NCBI GenBank assembly: GCA_044220495.1 | Contig: JBGAQY010000010.1 | Location: 8,126 to 72,125 of the forward strand | Source of the DNA: Acidimicrobiales bacterium | Lineage (GTDB): Bacteria; Actinomycetota; Acidimicrobiia; Acidimicrobiales; JBBSGY01 | DNA: 64,000 bases | Direction of reading: 5' to 3' | In this document: piece after piece, positions 27,769 through 36,244 of the stretch | Layout: each line of letters starts with the position of its first letter | Position numbering within the stretch: the stretch's first letter is position 1 | Position numbers and translations under genes: made by a program | The notes under the pieces: generated by a model | The model's input: only the letters and a program-made list of their open reading frames with translations | Database searches by the model: none | Told to the model about the DNA's origin: nothing

Positions 27769-28263
27769 CCAGGGAACTCTTCGTGTGTACTGGGATTTTT
27801 CTAAGAACGTCGCGCGTTTCCCGCTTGACGACACCATGTCGCGCGTGCAAGAACAAGAACCTTGAATCAATTGATTCAGGCGCCTACAGCAGTACTTAGT
27901 TACAGAGTTAGTTAGTAGGAGCGTCTCGGGTGAGGGGGGACGGGGGATTGAGTAGAGAACATCTCGGCTGGGCGTCGTTGTTCGTTGTTGCGAACAATTT
28001 GTGTGACCGCCGTGATGGTGCCAAAGGTTCTTGCCCCCCTCAGTCCGAATTGGTTGTTCCGCTTTCGTTGTCTGCTGCGTAACTTCACAAGACAACAAAC
28101 TTTCTTTCCGCGTAAACAGCTGTTTGTTTTACGCGAAACGCAGTCGATGCTCTCAGACGTCTTGCGACCATGCTGAGCTGCCAATTCGTCACTTAATCGG
28201 CGAACGTTCGACAGATCCCGTCAACGAGTTCACGGGTCGGGAATACTTTCCGTTCTGAACAAC

Positions 28264-28809
28264 TTGAGTGCGGACAGGGTCTATGCTGCCGCCTCGAGTG
28301 GGCCCCGAAAGGCAATTGAAATGTCAGACGACATGGACGAAATCGAAGAAGAAGAACTAGAAGAAGCGAGCGATGGCGACATCGAGCTCGATGAAGACGA
28401 AGACTTTCCCGGCGACGACGATGACGACGCCGTAGAACCCTTCATCAGCGATGACGACGAGGTCGGCGACGACCTTGAGGAAGAAGATGAAGAGCCCGCC
28501 GCCGCTGCCGGCAAAAAGGCCAAGGTCGCCGACGCCGAAGAAGACGACGATGACGAAGAAGAAGACGGTGAAGATGTCGAGGCCAGCCTTGATGTCATTC
28601 TCAAAGAGCGCATCGCTGTTGAAGACGACGAAACCGAAGAAGACGACGATGACGACGACGGCGCCCCATCAGATGACGATCGTGGCGACTCCAACCGCAA
28701 GGTCGCCCCACGACGTCCTGACGAGTTCGTCTGTCAGTCTTGTTTCTTGGTGAAGCACCCGAGTCAGCTGGCTGACAAGGCTCGGCAACTATGCCTCGAC
28801 TGCGTCTAG
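28264..28809 (+). CDS. DUF4193-family acidic protein with C-terminal zinc ribbon
   Basis: The C-terminus DEFVCQSCFLVKHPSQLADK..LCLDCV matches the DUF4193 hallmark. A very long D/E-rich N-terminal region precedes it. Alternative ATG start at 28321. Confidence 0.75.
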   Translation: MSADRVYAAASSGPRKAIEMSDDMDEIEEEELEEASDGDIELDEDEDFPGDDDDDAVEPFISDDDEVGDDLEEEDEEPAAAAGKKAKVADAEEDDDDEEEDGEDVEASLDVILKERIAVEDDETEEDDDDDDGAPSDDDRGDSNRKVAPRRPDEFVCQSCFLVKHPSQLADKARQLCLDCV

Positions 28810-28821
28810 CCTGACGTCGTC

Positions 28822-29415
28822 ATGACCGACCAGCGCAACCCTGTTGACCTCGCCGTTGACCTATTGGTCTACGCGCCGATAGGGCTTGCGCTGCAGGTCA
28901 AAGACTCATGGCCAGAGCTCGTGAGTTCAGGTAGGGCTCGGTTCGAGACTCCGCTGGCGGCCGCCAAAGTGATCGGCAAATTAGCTGTCGACCAGGGCCG
29001 TCGCGACTTTGAACAGCGCCTCAGCAAACTGATCGACCCAAAGCCTTCGCCCGATCCTCGGTCGGCAGGCACGTCGACGGGCACGTCAGCCAGCGGCCCG
29101 ACCCAATCCGCCAAGCCGTCTGATGCTTCCGCCACCTCTTCACCAACTGCTTCTTCGCCAAGCGCTTCCGCTGCTGCAGCAGCTGCCTCGCCAGGCGTTG
29201 CGTCAGCTCCGGCTGCGGCGAAAGGCAGGGGTTCAAGCCAAGCGACTGCTGATGACTTGGCCATTCCTGGCTATGCGCATCTCTCAGCCTCACAAATCAT
29301 TGCCCACCTCGATGGGCTCACCGATGCTGATCTCGCTCGTATCGAGGCTCACGAACTAGCTACCCGCAAGCGCAAGACGGTGCTCGCCCGCATCGAGCAG
29401 CTTCGCTCGCGTTAA
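28822..29415 (+). CDS. Conserved hypothetical protein (Ala/Ser/Pro-rich linker, helical C-terminal domain)
   Basis: 197-aa ORF in coding-like frame. The C-terminal IPGYAHLSASQIIAHLDGLTDADLARIEAHE is a recurrent actinobacterial motif with no assigned function that I can name. Confidence 0.5.
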   Translation: MTDQRNPVDLAVDLLVYAPIGLALQVKDSWPELVSSGRARFETPLAAAKVIGKLAVDQGRRDFEQRLSKLIDPKPSPDPRSAGTSTGTSASGPTQSAKPSDASATSSPTASSPSASAAAAAASPGVASAPAAAKGRGSSQATADDLAIPGYAHLSASQIIAHLDGLTDADLARIEAHELATRKRKTVLARIEQLRSR

Positions 29416-29420
29416 GCCCG

Positions 29421-29882
29421 TTGTCAGAAGCTGTCCGCATTGCCGAGGCACTCGATCTCGACCGCCTTCGCGACCTCCTGACCCTCGCTGTGAGCTCGAC
29501 CGCTGTCGCTCGCGCCACGCCGCTATACCGAGAAGAAGAACGCCTCGCTGATCCTTCGAGTCGCCTTGAACGAGCACTGGCCGATCACCGTTCACTGCTT
29601 TGCGTTGCAACCATCGATGGCTACGTCGTTGGTTTCACACTTGCCCGTCAACGCGAGCATTCGAGCGGACTCGTCACCCACGTTGAAGAACTCTTTGTCG
29701 AAGAAGAGGCGCGCGAGGTTGGCCTCGGCGAGGGCTTACTCGACGCCGCAGTCGTGTGGTCACGATCAGTGAACAGCACGGCGATCGAACTCGATGCACT
29801 GCCCGGCGACCGCGCCCTCAAGAATCTCTGCGAACGCAGCGGATTGCGCTCACGGGCACTCATCATGCACCGTCCGCTTTGA
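29421..29882 (+). CDS. GNAT family N-acetyltransferase
   Basis: 153 aa. ELFVEEEAREVGLGEGLLDAAV is an R/Q-x-x-G-x-G/A-like CoA-binding loop. Confidence 0.6.
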   Translation: MSEAVRIAEALDLDRLRDLLTLAVSSTAVARATPLYREEERLADPSSRLERALADHRSLLCVATIDGYVVGFTLARQREHSSGLVTHVEELFVEEEAREVGLGEGLLDAAVVWSRSVNSTAIELDALPGDRALKNLCERSGLRSRALIMHRPL

Positions 29883-29941
29883 AGCATGCGGGATTGAAAC
29901 ACCTCAGGTAGAAGCACCTCAGGTGCCATGGGTCGCTCGGG

Positions 29942-31279
29942 CTAGTCGGCTGGCTTTGGCTCAGTCAACGGAGCTTCCGCAGCAGACGTCTCGACAGCAG
30001 CCGCAGGAGGTGCTGTCGGTGGCTTTGCCGTTTTGCGCGGCGGGGGAGGCATGCTCACGCCCAGTTGCTTGGCGAGAGCGGGGATGCGTCCGGCGGCCTG
30101 CTTGGCTGCGCTCAACAGCTCTTCGCCAGGCTCAGCAGGCAGACCCTTGGGCACGACAGTGCGACGCACCGGCGATGCGCCGACGGCATCGAGCAGGGTG
30201 ATCCACCGGTCGGGCGCCGTCTCAGGCGACATGGCCTCTTCAGTTGCGGTCTTCAAACGGTCGAGCAACTCGGCAGGAAACTTGGTCTGCGCGTCGGGTG
30301 GGCGAGCCGCCAAACGCAGCGCTCGCACGACACGGCTCTCGTCGAGACACGTTGTGATTTCTTTCACCCACGAGTCACGGGTTTCGACATTGCGGCGCTC
30401 GAGCGCCTCGCGCAACTCGCTGGCAAGTAGACGCGCCTCGTCGGTGCGAGCAACAGCGTCGGCACTTGTAACGACCGAGCGCAAGTCGCGCACGCTGATC
30501 TCGTTTACCTGTGCCTTTGCTGCCTCAGCGCGATCCATCCACTCAGCTGCCTTGAGTTGCGGCAACAACTCTTCGGCCATCGCAACAAGAGCTGGACCAT
30601 TGATCTCAGAGCGACCCTCTTCTTTTGCCTTGATGTTCTCGGCCTCGACAGCTTGACGAACGGCTGGGATGCCGCCGCGGAGAACTTGCTCAGCGATCGG
30701 ACGGCTCTCAGGGGCAAGCTGGTCAAGAACGGCCTTGCGGTGATTGTCTTTCGGAGTCAGGCGCTTGAACGTTGGTGCTTCGGGGCGACTGGGCCGTGCC
30801 GGACGCTCACTGCGAGGTGGACGCGCCGTTGCGCGATCAGGACGCGAACCGCCGCCGCGCTCGGAACGCTCACCGCGACCCGCACGCTCACCGCGACCGG
30901 AACGAGGGCCTTCGCCGCGTTTGCCTGAACGCTCGCGTGAGTCGTCATCACGACGCGGGCGATCACCGCGGCCGCGCTTCTCGTTCTTTGAAACGAGCTG
31001 TGATGTGACACCGCCTTGAAAGTCTTTACGCGAGCCAGTGATCTCGATTGCGTTGACCAACGCCTTGCTGCGTTTACCGGCTGGCGCGGACACCGTGAGA
31101 ATGGTGATGCCATCAATCTCGAATTCGGCATCGGCTTTGGTGACATCGCCAACCTTGGCGTCGGGATACAAAACCGAAGCGTTAAGAGTGCCCTTTGGCA
31201 ACTTGGCTCCGGCAGCGCGCCAGGTCCATTCGGTATCGCTCAGTTTGCTGGTTAGCTCGATTTCAATGCGTCGTGACAC
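29942..31279 (-). CDS. Conserved hypothetical protein with a central Arg/Gly/Glu-rich disordered region
   Basis: 445-aa ORF. Small N-terminal beta-rich domain, RGRGDRPRRDDDSRERSGKRGEGPRSGRGERAGRGERSERGG repeats, then a helical C-terminal domain. No family recognised. Confidence 0.6.
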   Translation of the reverse strand: MSRRIEIELTSKLSDTEWTWRAAGAKLPKGTLNASVLYPDAKVGDVTKADAEFEIDGITILTVSAPAGKRSKALVNAIEITGSRKDFQGGVTSQLVSKNEKRGRGDRPRRDDDSRERSGKRGEGPRSGRGERAGRGERSERGGGSRPDRATARPPRSERPARPSRPEAPTFKRLTPKDNHRKAVLDQLAPESRPIAEQVLRGGIPAVRQAVEAENIKAKEEGRSEINGPALVAMAEELLPQLKAAEWMDRAEAAKAQVNEISVRDLRSVVTSADAVARTDEARLLASELREALERRNVETRDSWVKEITTCLDESRVVRALRLAARPPDAQTKFPAELLDRLKTATEEAMSPETAPDRWITLLDAVGASPVRRTVVPKGLPAEPGEELLSAAKQAAGRIPALAKQLGVSMPPPPRKTAKPPTAPPAAAVETSAAEAPLTEPKPAD

Positions 31280-31372
31280 CGCATAAAGCTACCCCGTGGC
31301 GCCGACACTCTGTTTCAAGTTACGGAGCGCGGCAGTAATGAGAAGGCAGAAAGCGCCGCTAATAGAAAGCCG

Positions 31373-31885
31373 CTAGATAAGGCCACGGTTGAGCACAGGG
31401 CCATTGAGGCCAACAGATTGCTCAGGTGTGTTCTGCGCGTTGTAGTGATCAGCAACTGCTGAAAAGTCAACCAAGGTCTCGACCGCAAGGCCTCGTGGAA
31501 GTTGATCTGGGCGGCGGCGCTTGGAGGACTTCGGTGCACTTGCACTTTCCGTCTGCGCGTCGATCTCGTGCAACGCTTCGCGCACACCGGCGCCCTGCAG
31601 ATGAAGAACTTCCCAAAGGCGAGAAGCGAAGTCGCGATCACTCATGATCTTCTGATCGACTGTGTCGCGGCTTAGCTCATCGCCCGTGAGTGCGTCAGCG
31701 ATTGCTGCGCTCAACGCTTGGGGTTGGTGGCCGATATTGCGACCATCACGATCGAAAGCGTCACCCGGTCGCCCGGCAAGAGCGGCTCCTAGAGCGCCAA
31801 TCCATTGGCGGACGTCGGCGAAGATTGCCTGAGCGGTGTCGGGTGGAGTGTCGGTGCCCGTAGTCACCCGCTTATTGTGCCCCAA
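31373..31885 (-). CDS. Hypothetical protein
   Basis: 170-aa ORF with plausible codon pattern. No recognisable motif. Divergent from the ORF at 31994. Confidence 0.4.
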   Translation of the reverse strand: MGHNKRVTTGTDTPPDTAQAIFADVRQWIGALGAALAGRPGDAFDRDGRNIGHQPQALSAAIADALTGDELSRDTVDQKIMSDRDFASRLWEVLHLQGAGVREALHEIDAQTESASAPKSSKRRRPDQLPRGLAVETLVDFSAVADHYNAQNTPEQSVGLNGPVLNRGLI

Positions 31886-31993
31886 ATCCGAGGCATTTAT
31901 GACATTGAGGAGAACTAATGCAGAAATGTATGTTCTCCCCGTCGCCTCACAGCTGCTTTCGCTAGCGTTGGTGCCAATCGATACGGAGGGACG

Positions 31994-32299
31994 ATGTCAG
32001 ATTCCGAGCGTAAGCACTATGAGCAGCTACAAGAGTGCGTTGATGGGTTTCGTTCTCACACAGTGACTTTGAGCGACCTCATAGAGCGCATTCCAGAGCT
32101 TCTTAAGGATCTTGATGACATCGATCCGAGCTGGAAAGCCGAGTGCGTCAGTTATTGGTGGACTCTCGAGCAAGTCCACGGAGCTGCCATCGACCTCGGC
32201 GAGTCGGGCCGCCTTCCCAAGAACACCCGTCAGACAGTCGATGACGCGGTCGACGGAATCGACCGTCTCGTTCAGGGTGCACTAGCAACAACTCACTAG
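31994..32299 (+). CDS. Hypothetical small helical acidic protein
   Basis: 101-aa ORF. GGAGGGA lies upstream of the ATG. No family recognised. Confidence 0.45.
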   Translation: MSDSERKHYEQLQECVDGFRSHTVTLSDLIERIPELLKDLDDIDPSWKAECVSYWWTLEQVHGAAIDLGESGRLPKNTRQTVDDAVDGIDRLVQGALATTH

Positions 32300-32323
32300 T
32301 CGGTCGTTGGGCTAGTCGTTGGG

Positions 32324-33379
32324 CTAGTCGTTGAGCTTCTCGAGCTCGTCGTAGACACGATTGCGCGCGGCAACACTTCGTTCTTCGCGCGCGAGCGAGT
32401 CGATGTAGCCCTGGCTCGTGTTGATCGACGAGTGACCCATCAGCTTTCTGATCGCAGCAACCGGCGCTCCATCAGCTGCGAGCGTCGTGCCGTAGGTGTG
32501 TCGAAACGCGTGTGCCATCGCGCCTTTTGCGCGTCGCCCCGACAAACCAGCGGCGCGCAAACTTTGATCAAGCATGTAGTGCAGTTGTCGCGCGTTCATG
32601 CGCGTTCCGCCTGACGTTCGTTTGGCGTCCGACGGAGAAACGAACAACGGATCAGTCGGTTTCGGCTTCCATCCGCTAAAGCGCGCCTTGCGCGATTCGA
32701 GATAGCGGCCGAGCACTTCATCAAGTCCGCTTTCTACGGGGATTGTGCGTGGCTTCGCGCCTTTGCCAACCACACGAATCACTTGCTCGCCGGGACGCCC
32801 TTCGAGCGAGTCGAGGTTCATCGCAAGCATTTCGCTGCGACGCGCGCCAGTTGCCAACAACACCGCAACAACGGCTACGTCGAGTTCGGGCCAGGGATTG
32901 CGACCGCCGCGCGCGCCAAGCGCAAGCGCGTTGAGCAACGTGCCGACGGTGTCTTCTGCCCAACCTTCGAGCGGCTTTGGTTGACGCTCATCAGACTTCG
33001 GACGCGCAATAGCGGCCATTGGTGAACCTTCAACTAAGCCTTCGGCAACCAAGAATTCAAAGAACTGGCGCCACGTCGAATGTGCGCGCAGGATCGATGC
33101 CTTCGAGTGATCCGCCGAATAGTTAGCAAACGCATCACGGATGTTGTCTTTGCTCAGATCATCAACATTGAGTGCATTGACGTCGCCTTTGCCGCTTGCT
33201 TTCACGAGTCTGCGGGCGATCGTTTCTAGGTCTTGCAGATACGCCGACATCGTGGTCTCTGCGAGTTTGCGCGGCGCTAGCCATGCAAAGAACGAATCGA
33301 CTGCTCGCAAGTAACCGGTTAGCGCCATGGCGGGCAATCTTATTGTTGCTGGCCGACCAATCCTTTGATGTGGTTTCAA
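32324..33379 (-). CDS. Tyrosine-type site-specific recombinase/integrase
   Basis: Catalytic signature ATGARRSE (Arg), HAFRHTY (H-x-x-R) and GHSSINTSQGYID (His...Tyr). N-terminal SAM-like core-binding domain. An alternative start at Met 33328 is possible. Confidence 0.85.
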   Translation of the reverse strand: MKPHQRIGRPATIRLPAMALTGYLRAVDSFFAWLAPRKLAETTMSAYLQDLETIARRLVKASGKGDVNALNVDDLSKDNIRDAFANYSADHSKASILRAHSTWRQFFEFLVAEGLVEGSPMAAIARPKSDERQPKPLEGWAEDTVGTLLNALALGARGGRNPWPELDVAVVAVLLATGARRSEMLAMNLDSLEGRPGEQVIRVVGKGAKPRTIPVESGLDEVLGRYLESRKARFSGWKPKPTDPLFVSPSDAKRTSGGTRMNARQLHYMLDQSLRAAGLSGRRAKGAMAHAFRHTYGTTLAADGAPVAAIRKLMGHSSINTSQGYIDSLAREERSVAARNRVYDELEKLND

Positions 33380-33437
33380 CTACAGCCATAGATCTTCCTA
33401 ACGAGCGCGCCGCAGGCGAAGCAGGCGCACCTGATCG

Positions 33438-34445
33438 TTATAGAACGCTGACTGCTTCTTCTGGCTCAGATGTGTCGTCAGCGGGCGAGGGGAGTGAGGG
33501 GAGTGGATTGTGCTCACGCCAATCGTCCGCCGGGACTCCGTAGTTGCGCGTCGCAGCCCCTCGCACGAAGCGGCGGAGGCTGGCTTTGCTCACCTCGCCT
33601 GTTAACAATCCTGATATGAGTTGCACGAAAACAACACCAAGTGCCACGGGGGAGTTACGTCGACATCCTCGCAAGCGATTGAGGAGTCGGATGTTGCGTG
33701 CGAACAAGTACCACGGCACTCCCCGCGTGTCTTGCCGAGCCCACAGATCCCCGTCGACGGCAATCGAATGTCCGGCTCGACGCAGGCGGTCGTGCAGTTC
33801 GACCTCTTCCATGTAGAGGAAGAAGCGTTCGTCGAAGCGGTTTGCCTTCAACACCTCGCGTCGGTACAACACGCATGCGCCATCGATCCATCCGACTTCG
33901 CGGTCGAGCCCGTGGGTGGCGGCAACCTTCTGAGTCGGAATCCCAACTCGCGAGAAGCCGCCGCCAGTTGACCAAACTGAGTCGTCGCAGAGTCTCCGAA
34001 GAGCCGGACCCACGGCCGCCAGATCGTCATTTGCGGTCATTGTACGGACGAGATTGGCAACGAGTTCCGGATCCATCCGGACTTCGTGCGTCACCACCAA
34101 AACGAACTCGGCTGAGTCATCAACCATGCAATTGACGGCGGCGTTGATGGCTGCGCCGTAGCCTCGGTTGATGCCGAGATGCAAGACGCTCGCTGCCGGG
34201 TAAGCCTCGACAATACGTTGAGCTGCCTCGCCACCGTCACCCGTGTTGTCGATGACATTGATGGCAACGGGCAACGTCTGGGCGATTAGGTCGTCGATCG
34301 TGTGTTTCACCGTCGGCCAGTTGCCGTGGTGGACAACAATGACCGCCACCTGCGGTTTCTTGCGAGCTGGGCGGGCGTTCTGCGGGACAACCGAAATTTC
34401 CATGGGTCCTTGAGGTTCTGGTGAGTTTGCTTTCACCAGGAACAT
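33438..34445 (-). CDS. Family 2 glycosyltransferase
   Basis: VAVIVVHHGN..., DNTGDGG, NRGYGAAINA and a DxD-like region, typical of the GT-A/GT2 fold. The start is probably Met 34403 (MEISVV). Confidence 0.7.
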   Translation of the reverse strand: MFLVKANSPEPQGPMEISVVPQNARPARKKPQVAVIVVHHGNWPTVKHTIDDLIAQTLPVAINVIDNTGDGGEAAQRIVEAYPAASVLHLGINRGYGAAINAAVNCMVDDSAEFVLVVTHEVRMDPELVANLVRTMTANDDLAAVGPALRRLCDDSVWSTGGGFSRVGIPTQKVAATHGLDREVGWIDGACVLYRREVLKANRFDERFFLYMEEVELHDRLRRAGHSIAVDGDLWARQDTRGVPWYLFARNIRLLNRLRGCRRNSPVALGVVFVQLISGLLTGEVSKASLRRFVRGAATRNYGVPADDWREHNPLPSLPSPADDTSEPEEAVSVL

Positions 34446-34967
34446 CGACGTTCGAGCACCGTCCTGAAGACCGAAATGTGTGCAATCGAGGCACGCCGTG
34501 GGCGGCTCCCTCCCGGGTTCAGGTAACGAGAGGTCTTGTTGCGCGACGCCACGGGATATCCAGGGTTACACCATGGTTATCCAGGATTAATGAACATAAG
34601 GTCCATTATGTTCATTACGGCAGCGTAAAGGGGTACGCCGATTTGCGCAGCAATTAGCGGATCGTTCGCATCGGCGGCTTGCGCTCGCACTCACACTCGC
34701 ACAGCAACGGACACCGGCAGCTCGCCTGAGCTCGAAGCCGTCGTGCGGGCTTGACGTCAACCCGCGGGTTGACCCCGAGCCCGAACAAACCTTGATGCCG
34801 GCCAAGCCAACGTGCCGAGCCCACCGACGGTCCGACCGGGCAAACTCAACCGGCGGGTCCAACCGGACCCTGCGCCAAGCCAACTGGCTTCGCCGGCCTC
34901 AGCCCGCCGTCAGTTGGCTTGGCCGACCCCAGCCAACTGTGAGCCGGTTGCCGGTGGTTCACCTGAT

Positions 34968-35007
34968 GCGGGCTCGGGGTCAAGTCACACGTTGACCCCG
35001 AGCCCGC
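34968..35007. repeat. 40-nt perfect palindrome, type 2 (GCGGGCTCGGGGTCAA-N8-TTGACCCCGAGCCCGC)
   Basis: 16-nt perfect inverted arms. A structurally matching copy lies at 54491-54530. Confidence 0.85.
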
Positions 35008-35165
35008 ACACGCAAGTAATCGAGTCGGCAGGCCGGGGCTGTCCGGCAGTTTCCGGCCGCCCGGCTGTCGTGACGTTTAGCCCGTTTGCTGACACTTGCA
35101 CTCAAAGGTCGATACGGCCGATTTAGTCTGATTTGCCCCGCACCGACTAGTCCGGGACAAATACG

Positions 35166-35816
35166 TCACTGTGACGTTTCGTCAGGTTTTGGGCTCTCAG
35201 GACCCGAGTTAGATCCCGAGTCAAATCCCGAACCGGAGCTCGAACCGGATGAATCGGGTCCGGCATCCCCGGCAACCCCGACAGCTCGACGTCCTTTGAT
35301 GTCGCTGAGGACGTTCCCAGTCCAAAGCGTGATCCCGGCAAAGAGGCACGTTGCAAGATCTTGCATGACTTGGGCGAAGCGAGCTGATCCGCTTCCGCCA
35401 AAGGTGTTGCTGTCGCCGGTAATCGTGGCGACGATGTCATAGACCGACGCTGCCAACACCAGCGCCGAAACGATCAGAGCGATCGTGACAGGAACAACAG
35501 TGCGATCTTGGCTGCGCTCATCGGGCCAAGCGACGCGCAACGCAACGCAGAGGGCGACGCAGATGAGTGCAATCACGCCGACAAAAGAATTAGAAAGCAA
35601 CGCCGCCAAATACGTCACTTTGTCGCCAAAGCCCGTCGAAGGTTTTGTCTCGAACTGAGTGGCGGCGTAGGCCTGCCCAATCGCACTGACAACCAAGATC
35701 GCCGTTGCTCCCGCAAGACCTAGAGCAGCGATCTCGAAGACCCGTCGATACCTCGACAATATCGATTCAGTATCTAGAGGAGCGTCAGGTGAACTCGGAT
35801 CATTGCCTTGGGTCAT
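35166..35816 (-). CDS. Hypothetical integral membrane protein (about 4 TM) with Ser/Gly-rich tail
   Basis: 216-aa ORF with four hydrophobic segments and a C-terminal GSSSGSGFDSGSNSG tail. Confidence 0.55.
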   Translation of the reverse strand: MTQGNDPSSPDAPLDTESILSRYRRVFEIAALGLAGATAILVVSAIGQAYAATQFETKPSTGFGDKVTYLAALLSNSFVGVIALICVALCVALRVAWPDERSQDRTVVPVTIALIVSALVLAASVYDIVATITGDSNTFGGSGSARFAQVMQDLATCLFAGITLWTGNVLSDIKGRRAVGVAGDAGPDSSGSSSGSGFDSGSNSGPESPKPDETSQ

Positions 35817-35875
35817 ACCTGCATGCTCGCACGTAGAAGGCTCGCAGAGAGTGATCCTGCGAACTCAGAGCAGAC

Positions 35876-36232
35876 TCATAGGAGCTCAGTTTTCACGAGC
35901 GGACGGGCCGCGCTGAGCAGCCATTCAAGAGAGCGCTTGACCTCACCGGGATCGTTGCTCTGCTCGAGGTCGCGATCGACATCTTCAACGGCCGCCTGCA
36001 AAACATAGATCTGATCGAGAAGCTTCTCGAGAGCCTGGCGAGTCATCACCAACTCCCCCTCGCTCAGACCAAGCTGCGTCGCCTGTTGACGAGCTTCGTA
36101 AGCGCGTTGCCGACAGGATTGACGGCAGTATTCGCGCTTACGTCCGGGGCCGTCTCCGACAGCAAGCTGACGGCGACACCAGCCGCAGCGCGGACCGGAT
36201 CGCGAGCCGGCGGTTGTCGGAGGATTCGTCAC
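35876..36232 (-). CDS. Hypothetical zinc-ribbon / coiled-coil protein
   Basis: CGWC...YCRQSCRQRAYE four-Cys motif, followed by a helical region. Begins 13 nt downstream of the EAL gene stop. Confidence 0.5.
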   Translation of the reverse strand: MTNPPTTAGSRSGPRCGWCRRQLAVGDGPGRKREYCRQSCRQRAYEARQQATQLGLSEGELVMTRQALEKLLDQIYVLQAAVEDVDRDLEQSNDPGEVKRSLEWLLSAARPLVKTELL

Positions 36233-36244
36233 GGTGACGAAACG

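Noticed and set aside
27900-28060. 6C-type sRNA (C-rich loops) or another known actinobacterial sRNA in the long noncoding region.
   Set aside because: C- and G-runs are present, but I cannot reproduce the two-hairpin 6C architecture by eye and do not remember this synteny for 6C. It is kept only as an unassigned noncoding candidate.
27739-28184. 119-aa and 90-aa ORFs on the - strand in the long intergenic region.
   Set aside because: The translations are Cys/Thr/Arg/Ser-rich with no hydrophobic periodicity, no RBS and no family resemblance. The region's composition differs from that of the coding DNA around it.
28201-28210. CGAACGTTCG palindrome as a LexA/SOS box. Also TTGTCGGGG at about 18953 as a PafBC (RecA-NDp-type) promoter motif.
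   Set aside because: The actinobacterial SOS box is TCGAAC-N4-GTTCGA and the spacing here is wrong. The TTGTCGGGG site lacks the TAnnnT element at the expected 8-nt distance.
29900-29930. Tandem CACCTCAGGT duplication with palindrome GCACCTCAGGTGC between the convergent GNAT and hypothetical genes, considered as a special element.
   Set aside because: It is most simply a bidirectional terminator hairpin in a 59-nt convergent gap. There are no further copies in the window.
34587-35126. 98-aa, 67-aa and 104-aa ORFs in the palindrome-dense tract. The same applies to the 147-176-aa ORFs at 54033-54764.
   Set aside because: They are built from low-complexity repeat DNA, giving runs of Arg/Pro/Ala/Ser. 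The ORFs overlap each other in several frames and have no start context.
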